NCBI GenBank assembly: GCA_028688415.1 | Contig: JAQTYF010000001.1 | Coordinates: forward strand, 336,627-400,626 | Reading direction: 5' to 3' | Length of the DNA: 64,000 nt | Source: Candidatus Moraniibacteriota bacterium | GTDB lineage: Bacteria > Patescibacteriota > Minisyncoccia > Moranbacterales > UBA1568 | Shown: positions 38,222-48,269 of the stretch, one piece after another | How positions within the stretch are numbered: position 1 is the stretch's first letter | Layout of the letters: each line of letters starts with the position of its first letter | The notes under the pieces: generated by a model | Database searches by the model: none | Told to the model about the DNA's origin: nothing | What the model saw: only the letters and a program-made list of their open reading frames with translations | Translations under genes and position numbers: made by a program

Positions 38222-40057
38222 TTGCAAATAGCGTTCTTGTTGTATACTATATATATGATGAAATTTCTTCCTTCTCCTAAAAAATCAGACAATCTCGTAA
38301 TACTGTTCGGGCTTTGTTTTATCGTGTTTGGCTGGCTTGCACTCACCCTTACTTTGGGAAACATATTCTTTCCCTGGGCTCTCGCCTGTGGTGCATTTAC
38401 TCTTTTTTCTCTCGCACTTTTTGTGGGAATAAAACTCCTCTCTCGATCATCGATTGATTTCAGAATCGCTTTCTTTCTTTCATTGTGCATTGCTTTTCTT
38501 ATTGGTCTGTATACTGTCCCGACACTTTTCTCTGGACGTGATCAGGGATCTATTAGTGAAGCCGCTTATCGTCTGACGCAAAATGGTCAACTCACTTTTT
38601 CTACTGACGCAAGCAGAGCCTTCTTCGCCCTTCATGAAAAAGGAACTGCCCTCAATTTTCCTGGATTCGCCTACACAGAAACAGGCGAACTCATCACACA
38701 GTTCCCTCTTGCCTACACCTCTTGGCTCGCTTCTTTCGTATCCCTCTTCGGTATGTCTGGTTTCGCTCTTGCCAACAGCATTCTCTTTTTCCTTTCTCTT
38801 CTGATACTGTATGCTCTTTTGCGAATTTTTGTACATCCGTTTTATGCATTTTCTGGGCTTATTCTCATGATAGGATCATTTCTTCCTCTCTGGTTCGCTC
38901 GAGTAACACTCAGTGAAAATCTCGCTCTTTTCCTTTTCCTTTTCCTCACTTTCAGTCTCATTCTTTTTCTTCGAGAAGGAAAATTTATTTCTTACGTAGG
39001 GGTGTTGTTTGCTGGTGGATTATTTGCTTTCACTCGAATAGAGGGATTTGCTTTTCTTTTCTTTACCCTCGCAATACTTTTTTGTAGCAAATATGCTCGA
39101 CACATCTGGATAACGTACCCTTGGAAAAGCATTCTTCTTCCTGGTCTTTTTTTCGCGATTATTCTCTGGCGAGACCTCATCGTTAATCTTCCTTACTATA
39201 GAATAATTGGAAAAGCTCTCGTAAAGTTTCTCCGCCAATTCACCGATGGACATATCGTAAATACTCTCGCTCCAGTGAGCGCTCCAGTCGTTCTCGAATC
39301 CGTCTTTTTTTGGTACGGACTTCTTATACTCTTCCTCCTTGGATTATTTTCACTCATTCTTCTTATCAAAAAAAGATATTTCCTTATTCTCTTACCGACG
39401 CTGATCGCTTTCCCTACGTTCATCTATCTTATTGATCCTAATATTTCTTCTGATCATCCTTGGATGCTTCGTCGATATCTCTTTTCTGTTTTTCCTACAC
39501 TCCTTTTCTCTGCGATTGTCGGACTCGCTCTCCTCTTTGCCAAAAAAGAGCAATTCCCTCTCGAAAGACCCCATGGGAAACGACTCTTTTTTGTCAGCAT
39601 TATTCTGATCGGACTCTTCACGTTACAATATCCCGCTTGGAGTCACAGTTTGTTCTTTGCAGAAAATCGAGGACTCCTCGAACAAACAATGACATTCAGT
39701 CAACAATTCTCAGGTACCGATCTTGTATTGATCGATCGTGGTGTGACTGGCGATGGATTTTCGATGATTACTGGACCAGCTCAATATTTGTCAGGAAAAA
39801 ATATGGTATACTTCTTCAATCCTTACGACCTTACCTTGCTTGATACGACGCTCTTTTCACACATTTATCTCCTCACGCCTGACGATACCCTTTCCCGTTA
39901 TCGAGACGTTTTTGGTGAGCGTATGACATTCCTTCATCCAGTAATTTTCTCGACAGAGAAATTTCAATCAAACATCTCGAAGAACAGTTTTTCTTCTTTT
40001 GGATTACCCGAGAAAAGTCTCATCGAAACTCATAATTCACTCTTTCAGATTTACTAG
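38222..40057 (+). CDS. polytopic membrane glycosyltransferase, GT39/ArnT/PMT-like (GT-C fold)
   Basis: ~12 TM helices with an early loop DQGSISEAAYRL (acidic motif in the first loop, as in GT-C enzymes), then a ~180-aa C-terminal soluble domain. Confidence 0.5.
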   Translation: MQIAFLLYTIYMMKFLPSPKKSDNLVILFGLCFIVFGWLALTLTLGNIFFPWALACGAFTLFSLALFVGIKLLSRSSIDFRIAFFLSLCIAFLIGLYTVPTLFSGRDQGSISEAAYRLTQNGQLTFSTDASRAFFALHEKGTALNFPGFAYTETGELITQFPLAYTSWLASFVSLFGMSGFALANSILFFLSLLILYALLRIFVHPFYAFSGLILMIGSFLPLWFARVTLSENLALFLFLFLTFSLILFLREGKFISYVGVLFAGGLFAFTRIEGFAFLFFTLAILFCSKYARHIWITYPWKSILLPGLFFAIILWRDLIVNLPYYRIIGKALVKFLRQFTDGHIVNTLAPVSAPVVLESVFFWYGLLILFLLGLFSLILLIKKRYFLILLPTLIAFPTFIYLIDPNISSDHPWMLRRYLFSVFPTLLFSAIVGLALLFAKKEQFPLERPHGKRLFFVSIILIGLFTLQYPAWSHSLFFAENRGLLEQTMTFSQQFSGTDLVLIDRGVTGDGFSMITGPAQYLSGKNMVYFFNPYDLTLLDTTLFSHIYLLTPDDTLSRYRDVFGERMTFLHPVIFSTEKFQSNISKNSFSSFGLPEKSLIETHNSLFQIY

Positions 40058-40058
40058 T

Positions 40059-41210
40059 ATGTTTTCATTACCCCTTGTCATACCAGAGACAGTAAAACGT
40101 CAGTATCAGATCGCACGGGTAATACTGTATGGCATCGTCATTACGAGCACTTGCCTGTTCGTTTTCCAGACACTGTTTCCGACGCTTGTTTTTTCTTTCA
40201 ACTTCCGCACACCCAACTCGAGCAAAAACAATTTGATCGATCCTCGTACGGAACAAAACAGTCTGAATACAAATGGGAAAATGAATACCAATGAAGTTCT
40301 CTTCAGTACTGCCAGTACTCTAGGGACATTCTCACAGGCACAGATAGAGCTCATACTCGAGAAAAAATCAGCTCCTCTGGAAACAATGGACGTATCTCTC
40401 AGGCGTTCTTATCGCAGCTTCTTCCTCCCTGTTGGTACGGTTCTCACTGTTTCCCCTCTTGCCTCTTTATACAAAATCGATGATACATACTACGAATTAC
40501 GAGAAAACATTCTCTTTCCTTTCGTCAGTGCAAATGCGTATCATTCACGTTATCAAGATACGGACGCACGAGCAGAAGAAAGCGAGACCCTCTCTCAATA
40601 TACCCTCTCCGATACTTTTATCGGCTACCGTATTGGATCAACTGTTTCTTTTGCTGATGGTGTTTTCTTGATCGTCAGTGAGACAGAAATGAGACCCTTC
40701 GGAAGCGCAGAAATATTCCTTGCTCTCGGATATCGATTCGAAGATGTCATACCTGCCAGCGAAGAAGAAATTGGGATCTACAAACGAGGAAGAATTATCA
40801 CTCTTGGTATAGAACATCCAGATGGGACACTCTTCCTTGATCAAGATACGAACATATCGTATCTTATTGAAAACGGTACAAAACGACCAATCGAAAACAC
40901 AGAATATCTGACTTTCCTCACAGAAAGACAGACTCCTATCATTGCTTCATCCAAGATGAGCGCACAGACGACAACGTGTACTCTAAAGCCAGGTATCTTG
41001 GGTCAATCTCTGTCCTGTCAGACGCCGATTACAATGTTGCCATCTGGATTTGGGAATGATTTTGAAATTACACTCAAAAACGAAAGTGAACCTATCGACA
41101 TCAACACTCTCCAGGTGTCTCTCAAGACAGAAGCGAGTAAACAAAATATGTTGTCTATCATCTCAAAAATCAAACAGCGACTCCTGGTACGTTTTGGTTT
41201 TGGTGAGTAA
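40059..41210 (+). CDS. membrane-anchored protein with a large extracytoplasmic domain, unknown function (start placed at MFSLPLVI...)
   Basis: The ORF-track start (39999) overlaps the upstream gene. The Met at 40059 follows the upstream stop directly. One N-terminal TM helix, then a ~340-aa domain with no recognised motif. Confidence 0.45.
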   Translation: MFSLPLVIPETVKRQYQIARVILYGIVITSTCLFVFQTLFPTLVFSFNFRTPNSSKNNLIDPRTEQNSLNTNGKMNTNEVLFSTASTLGTFSQAQIELILEKKSAPLETMDVSLRRSYRSFFLPVGTVLTVSPLASLYKIDDTYYELRENILFPFVSANAYHSRYQDTDARAEESETLSQYTLSDTFIGYRIGSTVSFADGVFLIVSETEMRPFGSAEIFLALGYRFEDVIPASEEEIGIYKRGRIITLGIEHPDGTLFLDQDTNISYLIENGTKRPIENTEYLTFLTERQTPIIASSKMSAQTTTCTLKPGILGQSLSCQTPITMLPSGFGNDFEITLKNESEPIDINTLQVSLKTEASKQNMLSIISKIKQRLLVRFGFGE

Positions 41211-41225
41211 CCTGAAAAATATCCT

Positions 41226-41645
41226 ATGAATACAATCACAACAGTACTTCTCGAACAACTCTTGCGTTTCAAAAAAAACGGGGTGCTTGCGGTATGCTAT
41301 GCACTCTTACTCGAATTCCTCTTCATCGGCTATATTGGATTTGCAGGACTTTTCACTCTCGAAATGCTTCTCCCAACCTTTGTAACAGCGCGACTCAGTC
41401 TGACAATATTCTTTCTCTACTTGCTCTCTGGTTCACTTCTCCTTGCATTTCTCGGAAGTGTCCTTGATATGCGTTTTTCTTGGAATATACAGAAGAATCA
41501 TCCTCTGATCTGGATTGGTTCCCTCTGGGCACTCGCTCTTTTCTTACTTTCACTTATTCATTTTCCTCTTTCTTCCATTCCTCTCATCATTCTCGCACTT
41601 TTTACTATAGGCTTTCTTTTCTGGAATATTTTCTTTCATGAATAA
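41226..41645 (+). CDS. small 4-TM membrane protein (139 aa)
   Basis: Four hydrophobic helices. It is last in the + strand operon. Confidence 0.4.
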   Translation: MNTITTVLLEQLLRFKKNGVLAVCYALLLEFLFIGYIGFAGLFTLEMLLPTFVTARLSLTIFFLYLLSGSLLLAFLGSVLDMRFSWNIQKNHPLIWIGSLWALALFLLSLIHFPLSSIPLIILALFTIGFLFWNIFFHE

Positions 41646-41678
41646 AGAAAAGGAACTTCCATACCAAATAAAGATTTT

Positions 41679-42503
41679 TTAGATTGTACGAATCTTCTTC
41701 GAAAAATCAGGATCAACAGCGTGTCTGTGAGCACGTTCATTGATGAAATATTTTTTTTGTATATCAACAAAAGGAAGAGATTGATCAATGAGACCTTCCT
41801 CATACATGAGCACATCGGCATACTTTGCAACCCACATTTTGTAACTAAGAGGTATGTGTGTCATGCGCACAGCATTGATATGATCGATGAGATTGGTCAG
41901 ACACGTATTCGTAAATGGATTATAGAACTCAGGATTTTCTTGAATATATTGTGCTCGTTTCAAGGTATCAACAAAAAGTTGCTGAGCCTCCCCTGACGAC
42001 AATGTCATCGGGTAAAGATAGGTTTTGTCTTCTCGATAATTCGTACGGAGTTTGATGAGATCTTGTTCGTCTCCTATGACATAAACAAGTTCGTGCCTTC
42101 GCAAGAAGAAGAGTGTGGCAAATTGCGAAAAACGTTGTCCAATTTTTTTCCGTATTTCTACAGAGACTGATATATAGGTACCATCGTACAAACCAAAACT
42201 GAGCATCGTATGCGCGGCCAACCATGAAAACGGTTCAACCAGAAACCAGACATCTCGTATTTCTGTAAGAGGGAATGTCCGATCATAATACTTCGGAGTA
42301 TATTTCTGTACGCTTTGATAAGAAAAATTCCGAATATTTTTTATCGTTATCGTATGATCATCGCTTAAGATAATCTCAGGTAATATTTTCAAGTCAAGAG
42401 ACCAGTTCCGATCATTCCGTGGTCGACGAAAACCAAAAAACCGCTTCAGAAGAGAACTCGCCCTTCCTCTGTACTGCGCCCAAGTTTTGTATGTCTTTCT
42501 CAT
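41679..42503 (-). CDS. DUF4105 (Lnb N-terminal domain)-like protein
   Basis: AAHTMLSFG and YNPFTNTCLTNL resemble the conserved His and NC(T) motifs of DUF4105. Confidence 0.35.
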   Translation of the reverse strand: MRKTYKTWAQYRGRASSLLKRFFGFRRPRNDRNWSLDLKILPEIILSDDHTITIKNIRNFSYQSVQKYTPKYYDRTFPLTEIRDVWFLVEPFSWLAAHTMLSFGLYDGTYISVSVEIRKKIGQRFSQFATLFFLRRHELVYVIGDEQDLIKLRTNYREDKTYLYPMTLSSGEAQQLFVDTLKRAQYIQENPEFYNPFTNTCLTNLIDHINAVRMTHIPLSYKMWVAKYADVLMYEEGLIDQSLPFVDIQKKYFINERAHRHAVDPDFSKKIRTI

Positions 42504-42535
42504 AACAAAACCGCAAGAAACAATTTTCGAAGAAA

Positions 42536-43993
42536 TTAGAGAAGAGATGAGAGATCCAACACTTCATCAATACGGATTTGAGCAACAAAGTCTGGGACGT
42601 GAGAAACAAAAATCATTGCGCCCTTGTAATTATCGAGGGCCTCGGCAATCACTGGTAAATGACGGAAGTTGATATGGTTTGTCGGCTCATCGAGGATGAG
42701 TAAATCTGGCTTCTCAGCATAAAGAATGGCAAACATAAGTAATCCTTTCTGTCCTTCTGACAGACTCTCTATTTTATTTTGCATCAATTCTGCTGGAATG
42801 AGAAATTTTGTCGCTATTTTATACGCCTGTTCTTTACTCTTTTCTTCCATTGACGCGAGAAGAGTGTCCATTACTGTGCTTTCAAAATCAAGCGTCGAAA
42901 AATCCTGACGATAATAGCCTACTTTGATACCGTCAGTGATATGTGCACGATCTTTGTCTCCAGAAGCGAGTGCTTCGAGAAATGTACTCTTGCCAATGCC
43001 ATTGGGTCCGGACACGAGGAGATGCATATTTTTTTTCAAAACAAGATCGACACGTTTCACTGCTGGTCCGAGATCAGTGATAAGTTTCACGGTTCGTATT
43101 TCGACAATTGGTCCGACAACGCCCGCGCACGATATTTCGAAATTCGGAAGAGTCTTGTCTTCCTGTCTCACGTCCATCTTGTTGTCCTCGAGATCTTCAG
43201 CGAGTGTGCGCATACGCTTGGCGACCGCACGGAGTTTTCCTCCTTTGTTGGCGAACACGTTGGCTTGGTCTTTCTTTTCTTGAATAGTACGTTCGAGCCG
43301 GACATTCTCGCTCTGCGCCTTGGCAATACGCTTGGCAATTTCTTCTACCACATCATAATAGTCTCCTGCGTACTGCTCGATTTTGTGGGTGAAAACATCG
43401 AGATAGAGCACTCCGTGCGTAAACGAGTTCAAGAAGTCGGCATCGTGAGAAATCACGATACAGGTCTTCTCATAATTGATCAAAAAATCAGTGAGATGAA
43501 GAATACCAGCCGTATCGAGATTATTTGTTGGTTCATCGAGAAGCAAGATATCTGGGTCTTGAATGAGTGCTGATGCGAGGAGAAGACGGGCTTGCTGACC
43601 TCCGGAAAACTCACGAATTTTTTTATCAAGCGGTGGCATAGGAAGATTGACTATTTCAAGTACTTCTCTGATACCCATTTCGAGTTCCCATTCTTTCCCT
43701 TTGAAAAATTGATCGAAGAAATCTTGCACAGTGAGTTCGAGTTCTGCCCGAGGAATGGTTTGTCGTCCGATAGCGACGGTTGCTCCAGGATCGATCGAGA
43801 CACGACCGAACTGAGGCTTTTCTTCACCAGTGATGAGTTTGAAGAGCGAGCTCTTTCCAGCTCCATTCTGACCCATCAGGGTTACTTTTGAGCCACCACG
43901 CATACTGAAACTTACCTCATCTAAGATAGGTTTTTTGTGTCCATATTCGAAAGACACTTTATCAAATCGCATTACAACGTTATCTTTGGCCAT
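42536..43993 (-). CDS. ABC-F family ATPase (second paralog, 485 aa)
   Basis: Two ABC cassettes (GQNGAGKSSLFK; GPNGIGKSTFLE; LSGGQQARL; LSEGQKG) and no TM domain. Confidence 0.8.
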   Translation of the reverse strand: MAKDNVVMRFDKVSFEYGHKKPILDEVSFSMRGGSKVTLMGQNGAGKSSLFKLITGEEKPQFGRVSIDPGATVAIGRQTIPRAELELTVQDFFDQFFKGKEWELEMGIREVLEIVNLPMPPLDKKIREFSGGQQARLLLASALIQDPDILLLDEPTNNLDTAGILHLTDFLINYEKTCIVISHDADFLNSFTHGVLYLDVFTHKIEQYAGDYYDVVEEIAKRIAKAQSENVRLERTIQEKKDQANVFANKGGKLRAVAKRMRTLAEDLEDNKMDVRQEDKTLPNFEISCAGVVGPIVEIRTVKLITDLGPAVKRVDLVLKKNMHLLVSGPNGIGKSTFLEALASGDKDRAHITDGIKVGYYRQDFSTLDFESTVMDTLLASMEEKSKEQAYKIATKFLIPAELMQNKIESLSEGQKGLLMFAILYAEKPDLLILDEPTNHINFRHLPVIAEALDNYKGAMIFVSHVPDFVAQIRIDEVLDLSSLL

Positions 43994-44215
43994 AGTGTAT
44001 CTAAAAAAAAGAACCCTTCGATTCCGCCAACAGAAAAGTTGGTTTCACTCAGGGCATGACAAAAAGCCATGGAGGCTGTTTCTCAGCAGAGGTATTGTGA
44101 CACAGAATTCTCTTCTTTGCAAGAGATGTTGTTCAAAGATTATAGGATATTTACAAATTTCGATCTTCTCGAACGAAAAAAGGACCTTCCCTTCTTTTTC
44201 GTCATTTTCTTTGTA

Positions 44216-44527
44216 TTATTTCCCTTCTGCTCCTGTCTTTGTGTTGTTGTATGTGTCCATTTGTTTCATTGCTTCTTCTGGAGTGATAGTACCGGCTGTC
44301 ACCTGATTCTGGAGCTCTTGGAGCTTGTCGACAGAAGATGCTGGTGCTGGCTCTGATGAAGGAGGAAGTGTCATCGTATCTGATGACGATTCTTGAGAAA
44401 CTGTTTCTGTGGTATTTACCACAGAAGACTGTGAAGCAGTTTGCTTCTGAATCATGAGTACATATCCGAGAATAAGAAAGGAAACAACAAGTATGGTTCC
44501 AAAAATGACTTTGAGTGGTGTTGGCAT
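44216..44527 (-). CDS. small N-terminally anchored protein with a Ser/Thr-rich linker and SHOCT-like C-terminus (103 aa)
   Basis: N-terminal TM (IFGTILVVSFLILGYVLMI), a low-complexity S/T/P linker, and a C-terminal ...GTITPEEAMKQMDTY. It is last in the surface-protein operon. Confidence 0.4.
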   Translation of the reverse strand: MPTPLKVIFGTILVVSFLILGYVLMIQKQTASQSSVVNTTETVSQESSSDTMTLPPSSEPAPASSVDKLQELQNQVTAGTITPEEAMKQMDTYNNTKTGAEGK

Positions 44528-44551
44528 AGTTTTTTGGTTATTTTTGATGAG

Positions 44552-46759
44552 TTAGAATGGTACTGTCTCTTTCCAATTAAAGTCACAGTAGCGGGTACCA
44601 TTGCAATTGTTTGTTCCGCAACCGTTACTATCATCATAGGTTTTTCCTGTGCAGAAACTGTTTCCTCGATCACAGCTTGGAGTACATGCCGGAGACACGA
44701 ACCCACATGTTGAACCATTCCAAGTGTAACCAGAAGCACATTGGAATTTACAGGCTACTGATCCAGGATCGGTTGCTGAGTACGTATAGGGTGTGTTTGC
44801 TCCTGGTGTGAGACTATTCCACGCCATAGCATGAGAAGGAAAACTTGTACAGGAATAAGTAGGAGCGACACAACTACCTCCACTCCATGTGAAGCCACCA
44901 TTACAACTGAACTGACATCTTGGTGCGGTATTGGTAGCAGAATAGGCATAGGGAGTATTGGCAGAAAGGCCTACGTTGTCACTTACAAACATACTGGCAT
45001 TAGCTGGGATGGTGCCGGTGCAGGAGTAGGTTGGTGTTGGAGGAAGGACACAACTACTTCCATTCCAATTGTATCCACCGTTACAACTGTACTGACATCT
45101 TGTGCCGGTGTCGGTAGCCCAGTATGAGTATGGGGTATCGGCAGTGAGGTTTACATTGTCATTGGCAAACATCGTAGCATTTACTGGGACAGATCCTTGA
45201 CAAATTTTTGTCTCACACTGGTTTCCAGGTCTTCGACCTACAATCACTGGTGATGGTGTTGCTACTTTTTCTGGACCTGGTCCTGCTATATTCCTTGCGC
45301 GTACACTGACAACATGACTTGATTCTGGTATAAGTTTTCTGAAGGTATATCCGGTTGCATAATAACCTCTTTGAATCCACGTCCCTCCATCAATTTGAAT
45401 ATCGTAGCCAGTTGCTCCTGTCACGGGTGACCAGAGCGCAGTCAAAGTATCTGATTGACAATCACCTGCACTTACAGAGACAGTTGCGGGGGCTGGTAGG
45501 ACAGCCACACAACTACTTCCATTCCAATTGTATCCACCGTTGCAGGAATACTGACACCTTGTGCCTGTATCAGTGGCCCAGTATGAATATGGGGTATCAG
45601 CGTTAAGACTTACATCGTCATTTGCAAACATCGTTGCGTTTGTTGGGACAATGCCAGTGCAGGAATAGGTAGGCACTGGACACGTTGCTGTACTACATGA
45701 TGTTGCACCCCATCGCGTTGCACCGTTTACAAAAGGACATGCGGTACCACCATTCGCCGCTGGGGTGTAGATGGTGTACAACTGTTGTTTGACTCCTGTT
45801 TGACCACACGCTCCCGTGACACTACAGGTAGCGGTATCACTCCATGAACCAACACAGTTAACAGGGGTAGGAGGTGTACACGTATAGACCCCCTGAGTCC
45901 AGGTACCATTATTACAATTCCATCTACGCGAACCAGTGTACCCAGCGGGAGAAGCTACAGATGTAGATGTATAACTACTTCCACTTGAGGTTACAGGAGC
46001 ATTCAGGTTGTATACACAGGTTGGAGTGAGATTGTCTGTGCCTGAGTAGGCGGGACAAGTGGCGGGCGCAGAAGCAGTCACAGAAAATGAGACACTCGCT
46101 GCACTCGCTTGACCGGAGGCAAACAAAGAACCTGAAGTAAAGGAATCGCCAGACCAACCCGTTTGATAATAATAACTATACGGCGTTGCACGAAAATTAA
46201 TGGTAGCGGTTATTGTACCGGAACCATTCACCGTACAGGTCGATCCACTTGGTGTACATGGCCCAGAAAAGGAATACGTCGGTGACGGAGGCGCGATGGA
46301 CAGTCCGAGAGCGAGGGTGTCGTAATCATTGATGTCATTACAATCCATAACTGGCTCCAATACATCAAAACCACCAAAACCTGCTCCTGACACCCAGTGT
46401 CCAGAAGGACTATTCCAAGTAGATCCGGTCGCAAACCACTGTATATCAGCATTATTAGTAATAGGAGCAAGGCTAAGGATATGCCCGCTAGTAATACTGG
46501 CACCATCCGTTATTTCTGTTCCATTATCATACAAAGATGCTCGATGCATCAAACTTCCTGCAAGGTTAAAAGAAAAACATACTCCTTGTGGGGCAGCACC
46601 GACGACCGTGCCAGTATTGATGGTAGTTCCTGGTATAGTCACACTTCCGCTCGTCTTTGATGCTAAGGCGGGCACTGGATCAATCGCAACACCAAGAAAT
46701 AAGGAGAGGAAAATAAAGATTTTAAAATATGAATGTTTCATAGTGTTATTTGATTTCAT
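44552..46759 (-). CDS. secreted cysteine-rich multi-domain surface protein (TSP1-like repeat, FN3-like domain, 4 tandem ~55-aa Cys repeats)
   Basis: Signal peptide (MKHSYFKIFIFLSLFLGVAI). CVGSWSDTATCSVTGACGQTG...C is a thrombospondin type-1-like WSxW motif. LTALWSPVTGATGYDIQ...VSVRARNIAGPG is FN3-like. Four repeats of the form C.G..P.NA.MFANDNV.L.A.TPYSYWATDTGTRCQYSCNGGYNWNGSSC. There are >40 Cys. Confidence 0.6.
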   Translation of the reverse strand: MKSNNTMKHSYFKIFIFLSLFLGVAIDPVPALASKTSGSVTIPGTTINTGTVVGAAPQGVCFSFNLAGSLMHRASLYDNGTEITDGASITSGHILSLAPITNNADIQWFATGSTWNSPSGHWVSGAGFGGFDVLEPVMDCNDINDYDTLALGLSIAPPSPTYSFSGPCTPSGSTCTVNGSGTITATINFRATPYSYYYQTGWSGDSFTSGSLFASGQASAASVSFSVTASAPATCPAYSGTDNLTPTCVYNLNAPVTSSGSSYTSTSVASPAGYTGSRRWNCNNGTWTQGVYTCTPPTPVNCVGSWSDTATCSVTGACGQTGVKQQLYTIYTPAANGGTACPFVNGATRWGATSCSTATCPVPTYSCTGIVPTNATMFANDDVSLNADTPYSYWATDTGTRCQYSCNGGYNWNGSSCVAVLPAPATVSVSAGDCQSDTLTALWSPVTGATGYDIQIDGGTWIQRGYYATGYTFRKLIPESSHVVSVRARNIAGPGPEKVATPSPVIVGRRPGNQCETKICQGSVPVNATMFANDNVNLTADTPYSYWATDTGTRCQYSCNGGYNWNGSSCVLPPTPTYSCTGTIPANASMFVSDNVGLSANTPYAYSATNTAPRCQFSCNGGFTWSGGSCVAPTYSCTSFPSHAMAWNSLTPGANTPYTYSATDPGSVACKFQCASGYTWNGSTCGFVSPACTPSCDRGNSFCTGKTYDDSNGCGTNNCNGTRYCDFNWKETVPF

Positions 46760-48197
46760 TTGTGCTTATCATATTATTTTCTCTTCCCCTTTTCCTTCGA
46801 ACAATGAGAAATGTACCAAGAGCGACAATGAGAATAACAACTGCGGAACCAAAAATGATGAGTGAGGTATTACTCTTCGGACACAGCGTAGGATCTATTG
46901 CACTACAACTATACCTAATAGTGATTTCTTGAGCTGGCTTCCCTACCTGAGTAACACTTGAAGTGAGTGTGAAATCATACAAATCTTTTTCAAGCACAAA
47001 GTCATCCTTGAAACCAAGAACACTACTGGTAATTCCATTGGCATATGTAAAGGTGTGAAGAATATTTTGGTCAGCATCCTTGAGCGTAACGGTGATGACG
47101 CTGTCTTTGACATTGTTTGGTCCTGCTGAATGTGCGCAAGCAAAGAGTGTACTCGTCGCACCTGCCTTTAACGGATAGGTTGCAACACCGAGCTTGTTGT
47201 TGTGTGTCTCCTCTATTCCATTTCTACTGAAACGGATATCCAAGATTGATTCTGCATCGTGATCTTTTACCGTCACGACAACATAAGAAACACTATTATC
47301 AATAACAGGCACTTCGTATGAAAGAGATTTTGTTTCTTGCGGTTGGAGGGTAATTTTCTCGGTTTTTTCCGTTTTGAAATTACCAGCAAAAAGTGCATCC
47401 CACGAGTAGAGCTTGTACGTAACTTCGACCTGATTTGGTGTGTCCTTAGGATTCACGAGCGCAAAAGAGGCAATGACTTTCTCCTCCTTTGCAAAAGCGG
47501 GGATAGGCTGAGCAAAATAAAAGTTTTTGTCATTTAATTTGACGGTATCCTCATCAAAATACACGGGCAGATCTGTATATGTATTGTCAATTTGAAACGC
47601 CGCCACGTTCCCCGTAATGTCATTCGTAAAAGTGAGTCCCGTTATACTGTGACGATGGGCGGAAGAATAATAGAATACCACCTCATAATCTCCTGCTTGT
47701 GCGGATGCGGGTACTTGCCAAGTAAACGTTACGGGTTTCTTTTCATTTGCTTTGAGTGCAATATTGTCAACCGCTATGAATTGAGCGACAAGTCTATGAC
47801 CATTCAAATGTTCGTTCTCAACACTCTTGCTATTCTTATAAAAAATCTTTGCATATACCTGTCCTTCGACAACGGGGTAATTGAATGGGTTGATCACCTT
47901 TCCCGAAAAAGTCGCCAATGTTCCTGGCAAGAGGCTATGCTCGGATGGTGAAATATCAATAGAAATCTTCCCAAAAGTAAGATAGTCCTGGCAGTCTATT
48001 GTGCCGATCGGATACACAGGCTTCGGCGGATGGAGAAGATTTTCCTGTTGTACGGAATTCAATCGATCATAAAAAACTTTTTGCTCAGGGGTGAGTTGAG
48101 AAACATCTGTGTACGGACGTGATTCAGTGTCGGCCTGTACAAACGGAATAAAAAGAAAAAACATTCCTACAATAAAAAATTTATACAATATACGCAT
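46746..48197 (-). CDS. type I membrane protein: signal peptide + large beta-rich ectodomain + C-terminal TM anchor + RRKRGR tail
   Basis: 483 aa. N-terminal hydrophobic signal, then C-terminal IIFGSAVVILIVALGTFLIV followed by RRKRGREN. It overlaps the downstream Cys-rich gene by 14 nt. Confidence 0.5.
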   Translation of the reverse strand: MRILYKFFIVGMFFLFIPFVQADTESRPYTDVSQLTPEQKVFYDRLNSVQQENLLHPPKPVYPIGTIDCQDYLTFGKISIDISPSEHSLLPGTLATFSGKVINPFNYPVVEGQVYAKIFYKNSKSVENEHLNGHRLVAQFIAVDNIALKANEKKPVTFTWQVPASAQAGDYEVVFYYSSAHRHSITGLTFTNDITGNVAAFQIDNTYTDLPVYFDEDTVKLNDKNFYFAQPIPAFAKEEKVIASFALVNPKDTPNQVEVTYKLYSWDALFAGNFKTEKTEKITLQPQETKSLSYEVPVIDNSVSYVVVTVKDHDAESILDIRFSRNGIEETHNNKLGVATYPLKAGATSTLFACAHSAGPNNVKDSVITVTLKDADQNILHTFTYANGITSSVLGFKDDFVLEKDLYDFTLTSSVTQVGKPAQEITIRYSCSAIDPTLCPKSNTSLIIFGSAVVILIVALGTFLIVRRKRGRENNMISTNEIK

Positions 48198-48269
48198 ACA
48201 GATTTTTGATTTTTACACTTTTTAATTTCATTTCCATTATACCCCCCGAGGGAAATCGTCAAATATTTG

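Noticed and set aside
44850-45660. Possible diversity-generating retroelement (template and variable repeats) within the 735-aa Cys-rich gene
   Set aside because: The near-identical ~100-bp repeats differ at positions not restricted to adenines. All copies are in-frame domain repeats of one gene. No reverse transcriptase gene is present anywhere in the window. They are ordinary tandem domain duplications.
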